Part shown: one piece after another, positions 1 to 9,020 of the stretch
How the letters are laid out: every line of letters begins with the position of its first letter
Numbering within the stretch: the first letter of the stretch is position 1
NCBI GenBank assembly: GCA_014377485.1
Contig: JACMPM010000016.1
Coordinates: 1,396 to 65,395, forward strand
Reading direction: 5' to 3'
Origin: Bacteriovorax sp.
GTDB taxonomy: Bacteria; Bdellovibrionota; Bacteriovoracia; Bacteriovoracales; Bacteriovoracaceae
Length of the DNA stretch: 64,000 nt
Translations under genes and position numbers: made by a program
Notes under the pieces: model-generated
Database searches by the model: none
Told to the model about the DNA's origin: nothing
Seen by the model: the letters and a program-made list of their open reading frames with translations, nothing else

Positions 1-1655
1 AAAATATGGAAGAATTACTTACAAAATTTGTCAAAACTATTTCCGATACCATAACAGAAGGTTTAAGTTTCGACGAAGTTCAAAAAATTAAAAACCAATA
101 TCTCTCTTCTAAAATTTATGAAATGGAGTCAATTGAATCTTTTTCTTTTTCTCTCGGGCATAGTTACGCTCAAAATGGCGATATTAAATGTGAAGAAGAA
201 TTTATTGAGCGAATTAAAGCGACGGCTCCTGGCGTAGTTAACAAGGCCTTGAAAAATGTTTTTTGTAAAAACTTTCACCTTAGTATGCAAATACCAGAAG
301 AAGCTGATCTGGCGAAAACGAAGAAAGATCTTTTAAAGTTTCAGCTAAATCTTGAATTATTAAAGAAAAAGCTAATTCTTAGTAAATCAAAAGCAAAATT
401 TAAAATAGAAAAATCTAAATATGACCAACAAGTACAATTGGTACGATTAAAGCCAGGTATTTCATTAATTTACCGTCAGAATACAATGACCCCAACTTTT
501 GTTCTTCAAGCCTATTTGCGCGGCGGAATTACAGAAGAGACGACAAAAACAAACGGCATCTACCACTTGTTAAGCTCAATGCTTACCAAAGGTCACGATG
601 GAATTGGTTACGAAAAAATAAAATTAGCTCTTGAGGAAACTTCATCTAGTATCGGTGGGTTTTCCGGAAAAAATGCTTATGGTCTTTTAATGCATGGATT
701 GACCGAAAATCTACAAGATCTTTTCCCTCATTTTTCAGGTTCATTAATCAATCCTGATATGCCGTTAAAATATCTTAAACATGAAAAACAATTGACCTTC
801 AGGGCCCTTACTAATCAAAAAGAAGATCCGGTCAAACATTGTTTCAAACAAGCTCAGCAATTATTTTTCGGCAAGCATCCGTACGCTTTGAATCCAATTG
901 GAACTAAAGAAACCATAACTGCGCTTAATCAAAAATCACTTCTTCTGTTGCATTCGAAAAATTTAAAAAAGAAGGAAGTTATTTTCACTTATTGTGGCGA
1001 TAGCTCTCTTGAAGATGTCCTGGAAATGTTCAACCCATTATTAGAAAACTTAGCTCCACGCAAGACTGAAAAACTTAGCTTTAAGCCGTATAAATCAATA
1101 GTAGGCGTTGAAAAATTTATTTCATTTAACCGAGAACAAACTCAAATTTTTTATGGGATTCCATGTGGTCGAATCGGGTCTCCGGAAAATCTTTATTTAA
1201 AAATGCTAACAACTCATTTGTCAGGTCAATCCTCTGAATTGTTTGTTGAGGTAAGAGACAGACAAGGACTTTGTTATTCAGCACAACCTGTCCATTTTGC
1301 AGCTCTTGAAGGTGGATATTTTGGGATTTATATGGCATCCGGGCACGATAAAGTCATTGCTGCCACCATTGCGATTAAAGAGCTTATTGGCAGAATTAGA
1401 GATAATGGCCTGTTAGAAGTAGATTATAATAGAATTAAATTAATGATCGAAGGCCAAAATTTAATCAATGTTCAGACTAATGAAGATTTCGCTTCTATTT
1501 ATTCTGTTCCGGTATTGCAATCCCAAGGACTTGATTACTACTACGAAGGCAATAACGAAATCCAAAATTTAACTTATGCTAATTTCCAAAAAAACATTAA
1601 GAAAATTCTCTCTCAAAAATGGAATACTATTATTGTTGGAAGACCGCTGAAATAA
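1..1655 (+). CDS. M16 (pitrilysin/insulinase) family peptidase, C-terminal portion; gene probably continues off the 5' edge
   Basis: The frame is open to the window edge. An internal M16-repeat-like segment, GIYHLLSSMLTKG, sits where active M16 domains carry HxxEH, so this is a degenerate non-catalytic half. 549 aa are visible. Confidence 0.5.
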   Translation, partial: NMEELLTKFVKTISDTITEGLSFDEVQKIKNQYLSSKIYEMESIESFSFSLGHSYAQNGDIKCEEEFIERIKATAPGVVNKALKNVFCKNFHLSMQIPEEADLAKTKKDLLKFQLNLELLKKKLILSKSKAKFKIEKSKYDQQVQLVRLKPGISLIYRQNTMTPTFVLQAYLRGGITEETTKTNGIYHLLSSMLTKGHDGIGYEKIKLALEETSSSIGGFSGKNAYGLLMHGLTENLQDLFPHFSGSLINPDMPLKYLKHEKQLTFRALTNQKEDPVKHCFKQAQQLFFGKHPYALNPIGTKETITALNQKSLLLLHSKNLKKKEVIFTYCGDSSLEDVLEMFNPLLENLAPRKTEKLSFKPYKSIVGVEKFISFNREQTQIFYGIPCGRIGSPENLYLKMLTTHLSGQSSELFVEVRDRQGLCYSAQPVHFAALEGGYFGIYMASGHDKVIAATIAIKELIGRIRDNGLLEVDYNRIKLMIEGQNLINVQTNEDFASIYSVPVLQSQGLDYYYEGNNEIQNLTYANFQKNIKKILSQKWNTIIVGRPLK

Positions 1656-1723
1656 TTTTTGTAAGTCTAATATAGTAAGTTTGAAGTTGCGATTTCATTG
1701 TTTGTCGGTAATAATTTTTACCT

Positions 1724-3112
1724 ATGTACTCCTTCGATCTAAACGCACCTTTAAAGCTCAGAATCGATGAAATTCAGAAAAATGAGTTTGTTTTCTTAAA
1801 ACTTTCTACGGAACTCAATTCCACTGATGAAAGTATTAATATTATTTTTGATTCGCTTACAAAAAAGACAGATCGCCTGTTTTTTTCCATTGATAACTTA
1901 ATTGATTTTCCTCATATCAAAGAATATGAAGCTAAATTTCCTATTGCCTGGTTTGGCGTTCCTGTAATGGTGGGTTCTAATCAACAAGGTTTTAATAGCG
2001 ATCACACCGTTTATTCGAATATCGATTCACTAAGTTTAAATCTGTTTGATGCTCAAAAAAACCAATTTACCGATCAACAGAAAGTTATTCCCGAATTCAA
2101 TTTGTCAGGAAACCATTATCAGCTTGGACCTACCATCGTTGAATTTTTTGATCGTTATAAACTTCCCTTCGCTTTCTTAAAGATTGAAGGTTTACCTGAT
2201 ATGCAGCAGGTACAATATTTTCGTGAAACTTTTGAATCACTAAGAATTAAAGGATTTAAAGGAAAAATTTATTTTTCTTTTAACAATGCTCACTTAGATG
2301 AATGGAATATAAAAACATACAATACCTTTTCTGGAATCCAAACTGTACATCTTGATCTCTCAAATAAATGTACGCACTCGTGTGTCTTTTGTGGCCTTTG
2401 GGGGCCAGAATTTATTGATGAGATGAAATCGAGGACTGACGATGGAGTCTTAAGACCCGATGTTGTAAATTTTATGAACCGGCAAATGCCTTATCAACGG
2501 GCCATTGAAATATTGGAAGCACTTCCTGATACAGTTAAGGCTGTTCAATTTGGAGGTGCAGGCGACCCCCTAACTCACCCTCAGTGGTTGAATATTCTTG
2601 CTCGCTGGAGAGCTCGCGGATTTAAAGTAGAAGTTCTCACCAATTTTGAGTATCCGAGTAAAGAAGAACTAGATATTCTTCACGAGCTGTCGCAAGGTAG
2701 AAGAAATTTTGATTTTATGATTAATGTGTCGGCTGCAACGCCTGAAGTTTACAAAATCATACGCCCAAGACAGTCACAGGCCACTTTCGAAAAAGTTATA
2801 GCCAATATTCGTTATTCAAGAAATTTAAGAATACGCGATGGATATGGTCTTACCTTTACAATGATTCATATAATTAATACCCATAATTTTAGAGAAGCGG
2901 TAAAGATGGTTGAACTCGCTCATGAATTGGGAACCGGAGTTTGGTTAAAACCCCTGGAAGTGCATTCGGACATTCACAAAAAGTATACTATCCCAAAAGA
3001 AGACTATCCCCTATTTCAAAAAATGATGAAACAGGCACTACTAAGGGCAGATGAATTAAAAGTTAAAATCGTTTTAAGAGAGTTTCTTGAAGCTATCGCG
3101 GGAGACATATAA
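1724..3112 (+). CDS. radical SAM protein with an ~200 aa N-terminal domain of unknown function and no fused auxiliary-cluster domain
   Basis: CX3CX2C motif CTHSCVFC at nt 2369-2392 and a Gly-rich SAM motif GGAGDPL. The ORF ends 1 nt before the next ATG. Confidence 0.8.
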   Translation: MYSFDLNAPLKLRIDEIQKNEFVFLKLSTELNSTDESINIIFDSLTKKTDRLFFSIDNLIDFPHIKEYEAKFPIAWFGVPVMVGSNQQGFNSDHTVYSNIDSLSLNLFDAQKNQFTDQQKVIPEFNLSGNHYQLGPTIVEFFDRYKLPFAFLKIEGLPDMQQVQYFRETFESLRIKGFKGKIYFSFNNAHLDEWNIKTYNTFSGIQTVHLDLSNKCTHSCVFCGLWGPEFIDEMKSRTDDGVLRPDVVNFMNRQMPYQRAIEILEALPDTVKAVQFGGAGDPLTHPQWLNILARWRARGFKVEVLTNFEYPSKEELDILHELSQGRRNFDFMINVSAATPEVYKIIRPRQSQATFEKVIANIRYSRNLRIRDGYGLTFTMIHIINTHNFREAVKMVELAHELGTGVWLKPLEVHSDIHKKYTIPKEDYPLFQKMMKQALLRADELKVKIVLREFLEAIAGDI

Positions 3113-3113
3113 A

Positions 3114-3491
3114 ATGAGTGATTCATTATCTATTCGCCCTGAAACTAATCTAGAAAAATCACAAATCGATTTTGGTGTTTCCAACGGTCAAGTTCCCGGT
3201 GATCTATATCAGACTATTCCTTGCACCATTGGCTTTACATATATTAGGTTCGAAGTTGACGGCTCAGTTAAGCCTTGTTGTGTGGCTCCAATGCGCTTTG
3301 GAAATATTAACGAATCAAAATTCGATGATATCTGGCATTCCCATGAATATTATTCATGGAGAGGAAAATTTCTTCGAATTCAAAAAACTCGCTTTCATTT
3401 GAAAGAAACGGAGTTTGGTTTTTGCCAAATATGCCCACACATTCCACTTAATCTTGAATCATCACGACTTCTAGCGATTAAGAGAGATTAA
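3114..3491 (+). CDS. stand-alone SPASM/twitch-like Cys-rich domain protein
   Basis: ATG at 3114 lies 1 nt after the upstream stop; the track start at 3087 overlaps the upstream gene. The Cys pattern PCTIGF..EVDGSVKPCCVAP..FGNINE..DIWHS..FCQICPH is typical of SPASM auxiliary Fe-S domains. Confidence 0.6.
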   Translation: MSDSLSIRPETNLEKSQIDFGVSNGQVPGDLYQTIPCTIGFTYIRFEVDGSVKPCCVAPMRFGNINESKFDDIWHSHEYYSWRGKFLRIQKTRFHLKETEFGFCQICPHIPLNLESSRLLAIKRD

Positions 3492-3494
3492 TTT

Positions 3495-4910
3495 ATGGAA
3501 AAAGAAGATTTAAAAAAGCAATATTCAGATACGAAAGAAAAACTAGATACCGTCTCGCCTTCTTTCTGTTTGGCAAAGTGGTTCCAGGTGACTTTGCATT
3601 TGCAGAATGGGCACAATCATTCATGCCATCATCCCAATACTCATCAAACAAATTTGGATGAACTAGCAAAGAATCCTGCGGCCCTTCATAATACTATTTT
3701 CAAGAAAAAAATACGTTCATTAATGCTCGAAGGTGTGAGACCTAAAGAATGTGAATACTGCTGGAAAATAGAAGACACGGCTGGATCACATTTTAGTGAC
3801 CGCCATATTAAAAGTAATGATGATTGGGCTAAACCTTTTTTTGAAGAAGCAATTCAAGCCGGCGCCGAAAAAGATATTAATCCAAAATACTTGGAAGTCA
3901 GTTTCAGCAATTCTTGTAATTTTAAATGTGCTTACTGCCTTCCTCAAATCTCTAGCAGCTGGATGAAAGAATTAAAACAACATGGTGAATATCAAACTCA
4001 TTCAAAACATCATGCTTTTTCATATCTCGAAAAAACTGGAAAAATGCCAATTGCGGATACTTCCCTTAATCCATACGTAAAATCCTTTTGGGAATGGTGG
4101 CCTACACTCTATAAAGATCTAAAAACTTTTCGCATTACCGGTGGTGAACCATTTATGGTTCCAGACACCTATAAAGTGTTGGAGTATGTTGCAGAAAATC
4201 CTAACCCACAATTAAGCCTGGCAATAAACACTAATCTCGGAGTGGAACAACACTTAATTGATAAAGCAGTCGTTAGCATTAAAAAAATTCTTGATGCTAA
4301 ACATGTTAAAGATATCACAATCTTTACAAGCCTAGATACCTGGGGAATCCAGGCTGAGTATATACGCTATGGCCTAAATATGGATTTATTTCTAAGGAAT
4401 TTAACTTATGTCTTAGAAAAATTACCAGAGGTTAAGCTTACCTTTATGTGTACCTATAACTTACTTTCAATTTCTTCATTTAGAGCATTCCTGGAATTTA
4501 TCCTGAACCTTAAAAATAAATACAAGGTTGCTAACACTGAATATGACAGCCGCATTGTTTTAGATATTTCCTATTTAAAAGATCCTCAGTTTATGTGCGC
4601 CAATCTTGCAGACAAATCATTATTAGACCAGATGAAGTCTGATCTCCTTTTTCTGAGTGAAAATTCACCCAACAGGAAAAGTGACAATAAAATAGGATTC
4701 ACCGATTTTGAATTAAATAAAATGCAAAGATTATTTAGTTGGGCGAGTGTTGCTATAAATCCAGTGTTTAAAAATTTACAACTCAAAGACAATTATATTT
4801 TTTTCTCAGAATACGATCGTAGAAGAGGCACTAATTTTTTGCAGACATATCCTGAATATACAGACCTTTGGAATGCTGGAAAACACTTAGCTCAAAGTAA
4901 CGGAGTTTAA
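3495..4910 (+). CDS. radical SAM protein with an N-terminal Cys-rich (twitch-like) segment
   Basis: CX3CX2C motif CNFKCAYC at nt 3915-3938. The N-terminus reads FCLAKW..LQNGHNHSCHH..KECEYC. There is a 3 nt gap to the upstream gene. Confidence 0.75.
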   Translation: MEKEDLKKQYSDTKEKLDTVSPSFCLAKWFQVTLHLQNGHNHSCHHPNTHQTNLDELAKNPAALHNTIFKKKIRSLMLEGVRPKECEYCWKIEDTAGSHFSDRHIKSNDDWAKPFFEEAIQAGAEKDINPKYLEVSFSNSCNFKCAYCLPQISSSWMKELKQHGEYQTHSKHHAFSYLEKTGKMPIADTSLNPYVKSFWEWWPTLYKDLKTFRITGGEPFMVPDTYKVLEYVAENPNPQLSLAINTNLGVEQHLIDKAVVSIKKILDAKHVKDITIFTSLDTWGIQAEYIRYGLNMDLFLRNLTYVLEKLPEVKLTFMCTYNLLSISSFRAFLEFILNLKNKYKVANTEYDSRIVLDISYLKDPQFMCANLADKSLLDQMKSDLLFLSENSPNRKSDNKIGFTDFELNKMQRLFSWASVAINPVFKNLQLKDNYIFFSEYDRRRGTNFLQTYPEYTDLWNAGKHLAQSNGV

Positions 4911-4911
4911 A

Positions 4912-7236
4912 ATGAATTTGTTAATAATCCGTTCAGCTGAGTTATCAACCTGGGGTAGTTGCAAGGTAATTTCTCCAAACTTGCAAGCAACATATAAACT
5001 ACTAAGTGATAGGTTCACACTTACATGGTTTGATATTCCGGTTAAATATGTTCAGCAAGAAATAGATTCTTCAAGTTCGCACATCATTGATCTATCTTTA
5101 AAAATAAAAAATGAAAAACCAGATCAGATCATATTCATTGATCATCTTCCAAATCCAGCTGAAATTTTAAATAATCTGTCCTTAGTAATGGAACTAGATC
5201 AACTTCCACCTCTCGTATTTCATATATATGGCGACTTCACTTATTTTTCTAAAGACTGGCTGGAACTAACACCTAAATTAATTAATCATCCTGTTAAGTT
5301 TGTAACGGCTTCTAGTTCACAAAAAAATCTTTTAAGTTATTTTTGCGAAGATTCAAGAGTAATCGAACAATTTTGTTTTCCTGTTAATTCAGAAGAGTAT
5401 TACTTTGATTCAGAAGCCCGCATAAAACTAAGAAAAGAAATGCAAATTAGTGATCAAGACATCGTCATCCTTTACTCTGGCAGAATAAGTCTTCAAAAAA
5501 ATGTAGATGTTTTATTGAAAGAATATTTAAAGTTGATAAAAAACTCTACCCAGTGCATTCACTTGTGGATAGTTGGTGCATTTGACGACCTAGGTGCTCC
5601 ATTTATGGGAGTAGAAACCAACGAAGGCTATTTATATTCTAAATTTGAAAGCATTCTCGCAGGCCATCCCAAAGATTTTATAAATAAGATAAAATTTTGG
5701 GGAATTCAAAATAAAGAAAAATTGAGGGAAATTAAATCCGCGGCTGATCAATTTATAAGCTTAAGTCTTTATCATGATGAAGACTATGGCATGTCTCCTG
5801 CGGAGGCTTTGGCCTGCGGTCTTCCAACCCTGCTGACTGATTGGGGAGGATATTCATCGTTTGCTTCAAAGAATTGGCGCTGCCAACTAATGCCTGTTTC
5901 TATCACAGAATTTGGTCTACAAATTAAAACTTCTGCAATTAAAGAATTTCTAAATACATATCTAGAATGTTACATAAACGATACTGATCGCAAAAGATGG
6001 TCTAATGAATTTTTAAGTCAATTTTCAATAAAAGAAAACGGCTTAAAATTAGAATCTATTCTCTCTACCAGCTTTAGGGTTTTTAAAGGGTTTAACTGGG
6101 CCCTTGCTCCTTTTTCTCAACAATATGGAAAATCGTCAGAACACAAAACACTTAATGCCAATACTGGTCCGTCGGATAAAAATTTTTATTTCCAAGTCTA
6201 TAAAAATTATATTTCCCAAGACGATGCTCCGGATAAAGAGAGTACTTATGACACAATTCAATGGATGTATGACTACATTAAGAATTCTGAGGTTGAGCTT
6301 GTAACGGAAGCAAGAAAAAGCAATCGATCTTATCACCACTACCTTAAACCATTTTCAAAAAATTATTATGGCCCAACGAATCCTGCTCTTTTATTTGATG
6401 GAAAAATTACTACTAAATTAATTGATAAGAAAATTTGGACTTTAAGAGACGGCCTTGTTCCTGTATGCCTTTTCTTCAAAGAACATTTACCTAATAAATT
6501 TGCCGGAGAAATAGCAATTCATAAAAGCTTATGGTTTTTGGTTCCAGATCACTGGAGGGAAAAAGTATTATTTTATGAAATAAAAAATGAAGTTCAATTT
6601 AGCAAATCACAATTGCCTCAGAAAATCTTCATCACTGGTATGCTGAATTCAACTTTAGCCGATCCAGAAGAATTTGACCAAGACTTGGTCAGTTTAAAAG
6701 AAATACTAGGTAAAGAAAATATTGAAAAAATGGAAATCCTTGCTTTTCTTCCAAACAAAAAAGCTAATCTTTGGGGTAGCTGGGAAGAGGAAAATTTATT
6801 GAAATTTTCTCATTCTTTGTTCCGAAACATTAAAAATGAAGTTCAATTTTCTGAATGGCAAAACATTCAATCTGAGACAAATTTTAGTAATTCTCTCTAC
6901 TATGAAATTAATCGTGGCTATTTTATTAAAGATACTTTCACTAAACACTTCGCATTATCAAGAGGTGCCGGTTTACTGAAATCAAGTGTCGTTGAGGTTC
7001 CATGTGAATTGATAAAAACACATAAACTTTCACTCTATCATTCGATTAATATTTATCGTCCTAACTTCACAAAAATTCCCGCTTATATAAATCCTTTTGA
7101 TCATGAATATTTTGAGTATTTTAAAAAATTATTTGAATCAAATACAAAGAACCCAAAGGCTTCAACTTCTTGGGACTCTTGGTTTGCATCATATTTAAAA
7201 AAGTATTACAAACTCTATCCCCCTACTATTCTGTGA
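4912..7236 (+). CDS. large GT-B (GT4/GT1-like) glycosyltransferase with an ~380 aa C-terminal extension of unknown function
   Basis: Motifs GRISLQKNV and EDYGMSPAEALACGLPTLLTDWGGY (EX7E-type motif). There is a 1 nt gap to the upstream gene. Confidence 0.75.
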   Translation: MNLLIIRSAELSTWGSCKVISPNLQATYKLLSDRFTLTWFDIPVKYVQQEIDSSSSHIIDLSLKIKNEKPDQIIFIDHLPNPAEILNNLSLVMELDQLPPLVFHIYGDFTYFSKDWLELTPKLINHPVKFVTASSSQKNLLSYFCEDSRVIEQFCFPVNSEEYYFDSEARIKLRKEMQISDQDIVILYSGRISLQKNVDVLLKEYLKLIKNSTQCIHLWIVGAFDDLGAPFMGVETNEGYLYSKFESILAGHPKDFINKIKFWGIQNKEKLREIKSAADQFISLSLYHDEDYGMSPAEALACGLPTLLTDWGGYSSFASKNWRCQLMPVSITEFGLQIKTSAIKEFLNTYLECYINDTDRKRWSNEFLSQFSIKENGLKLESILSTSFRVFKGFNWALAPFSQQYGKSSEHKTLNANTGPSDKNFYFQVYKNYISQDDAPDKESTYDTIQWMYDYIKNSEVELVTEARKSNRSYHHYLKPFSKNYYGPTNPALLFDGKITTKLIDKKIWTLRDGLVPVCLFFKEHLPNKFAGEIAIHKSLWFLVPDHWREKVLFYEIKNEVQFSKSQLPQKIFITGMLNSTLADPEEFDQDLVSLKEILGKENIEKMEILAFLPNKKANLWGSWEEENLLKFSHSLFRNIKNEVQFSEWQNIQSETNFSNSLYYEINRGYFIKDTFTKHFALSRGAGLLKSSVVEVPCELIKTHKLSLYHSINIYRPNFTKIPAYINPFDHEYFEYFKKLFESNTKNPKASTSWDSWFASYLKKYYKLYPPTIL

Positions 7237-8231
7237 TCACTTTAACTTCTTTTGCAAAAAAAATAATTATAAACATAATTCCAAATAAAATTGGACGATT
7301 TGCTTATGTTGGCATTTTTAATGCCGAATATTTTTTTTCTAAATTATTATTCAGATACAACCTTAAAATGTGGTTTCGAAATAGCTTACTTCAAGATTAT
7401 TTTAGCTTTGGAGTATCAGACATAGACGTAAGCGTGGAGCTGAAAAATAATTTATTAATTCAATCTTTATCTAAGAAGCTCTTTTCTTTTTTAACTCTGT
7501 GCCCTCTTATTAAAGAAGTTAATTTTTATTATCCATTTAGTCTAAAAAAATTGCCTCTTTTGGTAAATTTTTTTGAACTATCTAGAGACCCCGAATTATT
7601 TCACAAGGTCCAAATGGATCAAACCTCATTAGAATTCAAAGAAGCTCAAAAATTTACTTATCTCTTGAGAATGTTCTTCTCTAATCTTAATCAAATTGCA
7701 AAAGGCTTTTCGGAAAGAGACATCGAAAAATGGAGTTTTCATTTAAAGTTAGTGGGACATCCTGAACTCATATCTGCTTTGTCTGGAGTGAAGAATGAAA
7801 AGAATCTTTTAAAAATTATTTTCTCAAGTTTTCCATCTTTTGATAATTCCCACTATGAGACCATTAAACATATCTCACATTGTCATATAATTGAAAAACC
7901 ACTTCATATACAATTCCAAGAGACGAAATTTCCTCAGGAGCTTTTAACGTTGATGCCTCATCTTTTTTGTTTTGCTGATTTGAGGTTGCAAAATATTTCT
8001 CAGCTTGGTCAAAAAGTTTTTATAACTCAAATGTCTTGGGAAATATTGGGCATGCTCACTCAGCCAATGCTATTTGAAGAAGGAAGCCCTGTATTTCAAC
8101 ATTTATTCAATATTAAATCTACATTGTATAAAGCTGCTCTTGAAAATGAAATTTGCGAAAAACGCAGATTGGAATTAATGAAAATTTTAGAAGGATATAT
8201 TGAACTCTTGTATAAAAATCATAAAATTTAA
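7233..8231 (+). CDS. hypothetical protein, possibly nucleotidyltransferase-fold
   Basis: An in-frame GTG at 7233 overlaps the TGA of the upstream gene (GTGA coupling); the track start at 7170 would overlap by 67 nt. The motif FGVSDIDVSVE loosely resembles the pol-beta NTase G[SG]..D.D motif. Confidence 0.4.
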   Translation: MITLTSFAKKIIINIIPNKIGRFAYVGIFNAEYFFSKLLFRYNLKMWFRNSLLQDYFSFGVSDIDVSVELKNNLLIQSLSKKLFSFLTLCPLIKEVNFYYPFSLKKLPLLVNFFELSRDPELFHKVQMDQTSLEFKEAQKFTYLLRMFFSNLNQIAKGFSERDIEKWSFHLKLVGHPELISALSGVKNEKNLLKIIFSSFPSFDNSHYETIKHISHCHIIEKPLHIQFQETKFPQELLTLMPHLFCFADLRLQNISQLGQKVFITQMSWEILGMLTQPMLFEEGSPVFQHLFNIKSTLYKAALENEICEKRRLELMKILEGYIELLYKNHKI

Positions 8232-8234
8232 GAT

Positions 8235-9020
8235 TTATCGCTTTTCAGACTTATCTTCACTGTATTTGAAGCCTCGATATTGTTCGTATGCCTCCTTGAT
8301 ATCGCCATCATAAAGGATTTTTCCCTCACTAATCAAAATTGCACGGTTACAAACACTTTGAATTTGGGTTTCATAATGACTTACAAAAATAACGGCTCTC
8401 GATTTCTCTATAAGCTTACTAATCCTCTCCGAAAGTTTTTCTCGGAAAAATTCATCTGCTCCATCGAAAACTTCATCAAGAATAAGGATGTCAGCAGGCT
8501 TTGAGGACAATAATGAGAGAGTTAATCTTACCAGCATGCCTTTACTATAAGTTTTTATTGGCACATCAATAAACTCTTTCAAATCACTGAATTCTAAACT
8601 TTCATTGATTATGCTTTCCAATTCATTTCGATAATCAGGATAATATATTTCAGCAAGAATCCTGGCATTTTCTCTTCCACTCAATTCTGGATAAAGACCA
8701 ATCGAAGACTCAAACAAAGCGCGAATCTTGCCATGTCTTAAAATTTTTCCGTCTTGAGGTTTATAAAATCCTGAAATGCATCTACAAAGAGTCGATTTAC
8801 CTGCTCCATTAACACCAATTAATCCAACTCGATCACCTTCGTAAATTTTTAGATTAATATTATTCAATGCCAAAAAATAACTTCGATCGTATTTTTTGGA
8901 AAATGGCCCTAACATCGTACTAATAAAAACATCTCTTACACTGGAAGCGGTTATTAACCTTAAAGGAAAAGCTAATTTTAATTCTCGAATATCTAGTAAA
9001 ACTTTTTTTGTGTTAAGCAT
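8235..9020 (-). CDS. ABC transporter ATP-binding protein, Wzt/TagH (polysaccharide or teichoic-acid export) type
   Basis: Walker A GVNGAGKST, signature-like YSKGMLVRL, Walker B ILILDE. It overlaps the upstream permease gene by 8 nt. Confidence 0.85.
   Translation of the reverse strand: MLNTKKVLLDIRELKLAFPLRLITASSVRDVFISTMLGPFSKKYDRSYFLALNNINLKIYEGDRVGLIGVNGAGKSTLCRCISGFYKPQDGKILRHGKIRALFESSIGLYPELSGRENARILAEIYYPDYRNELESIINESLEFSDLKEFIDVPIKTYSKGMLVRLTLSLLSSKPADILILDEVFDGADEFFREKLSERISKLIEKSRAVIFVSHYETQIQSVCNRAILISEGKILYDGDIKEAYEQYRGFKYSEDKSEKR

Noticed and set aside
1126-1338. Numerous 60-99 aa ORFs nested in or antisense to long genes (for example 1126-1338, 3172-3402, 4586-4792, 6104-6339, 8280-8504, 9272-9469, 11970-12445, 12700-12918, 13462-13668, 21420-21823, 30755-31054, 44183-44476, 52061-52270, 53119-53343, 55205-55783, 57859-58104, 58341-58547, 61406-61909)
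   Set aside because: All overlap longer ORFs that have clear family motifs. AT-rich DNA generates such frames by chance, and none carries a supporting signal.
1724-4910. Idea that the rSAM/SPASM genes are anaerobic sulfatase-maturating enzymes for the sulfatase-like genes at 16.7-22.7 kb
   Set aside because: The sulfatase-like proteins show no C/S-x-P/A-x-R motif by eye. The rSAM genes are more than 10 kb away, in a different tightly coupled operon that faces the peptide/PqqD operon.
6583-6849. 18-nt exact direct repeat aaaaatgaagttcaattt at 6583-6600 and 6832-6849 inside the 774-aa glycosyltransferase gene
   Set aside because: The copies are in frame and 249 nt apart. They encode the duplicated peptide IKNEVQFS, so this is most simply an internal domain or motif duplication, not a mobile-element boundary or regulatory repeat.
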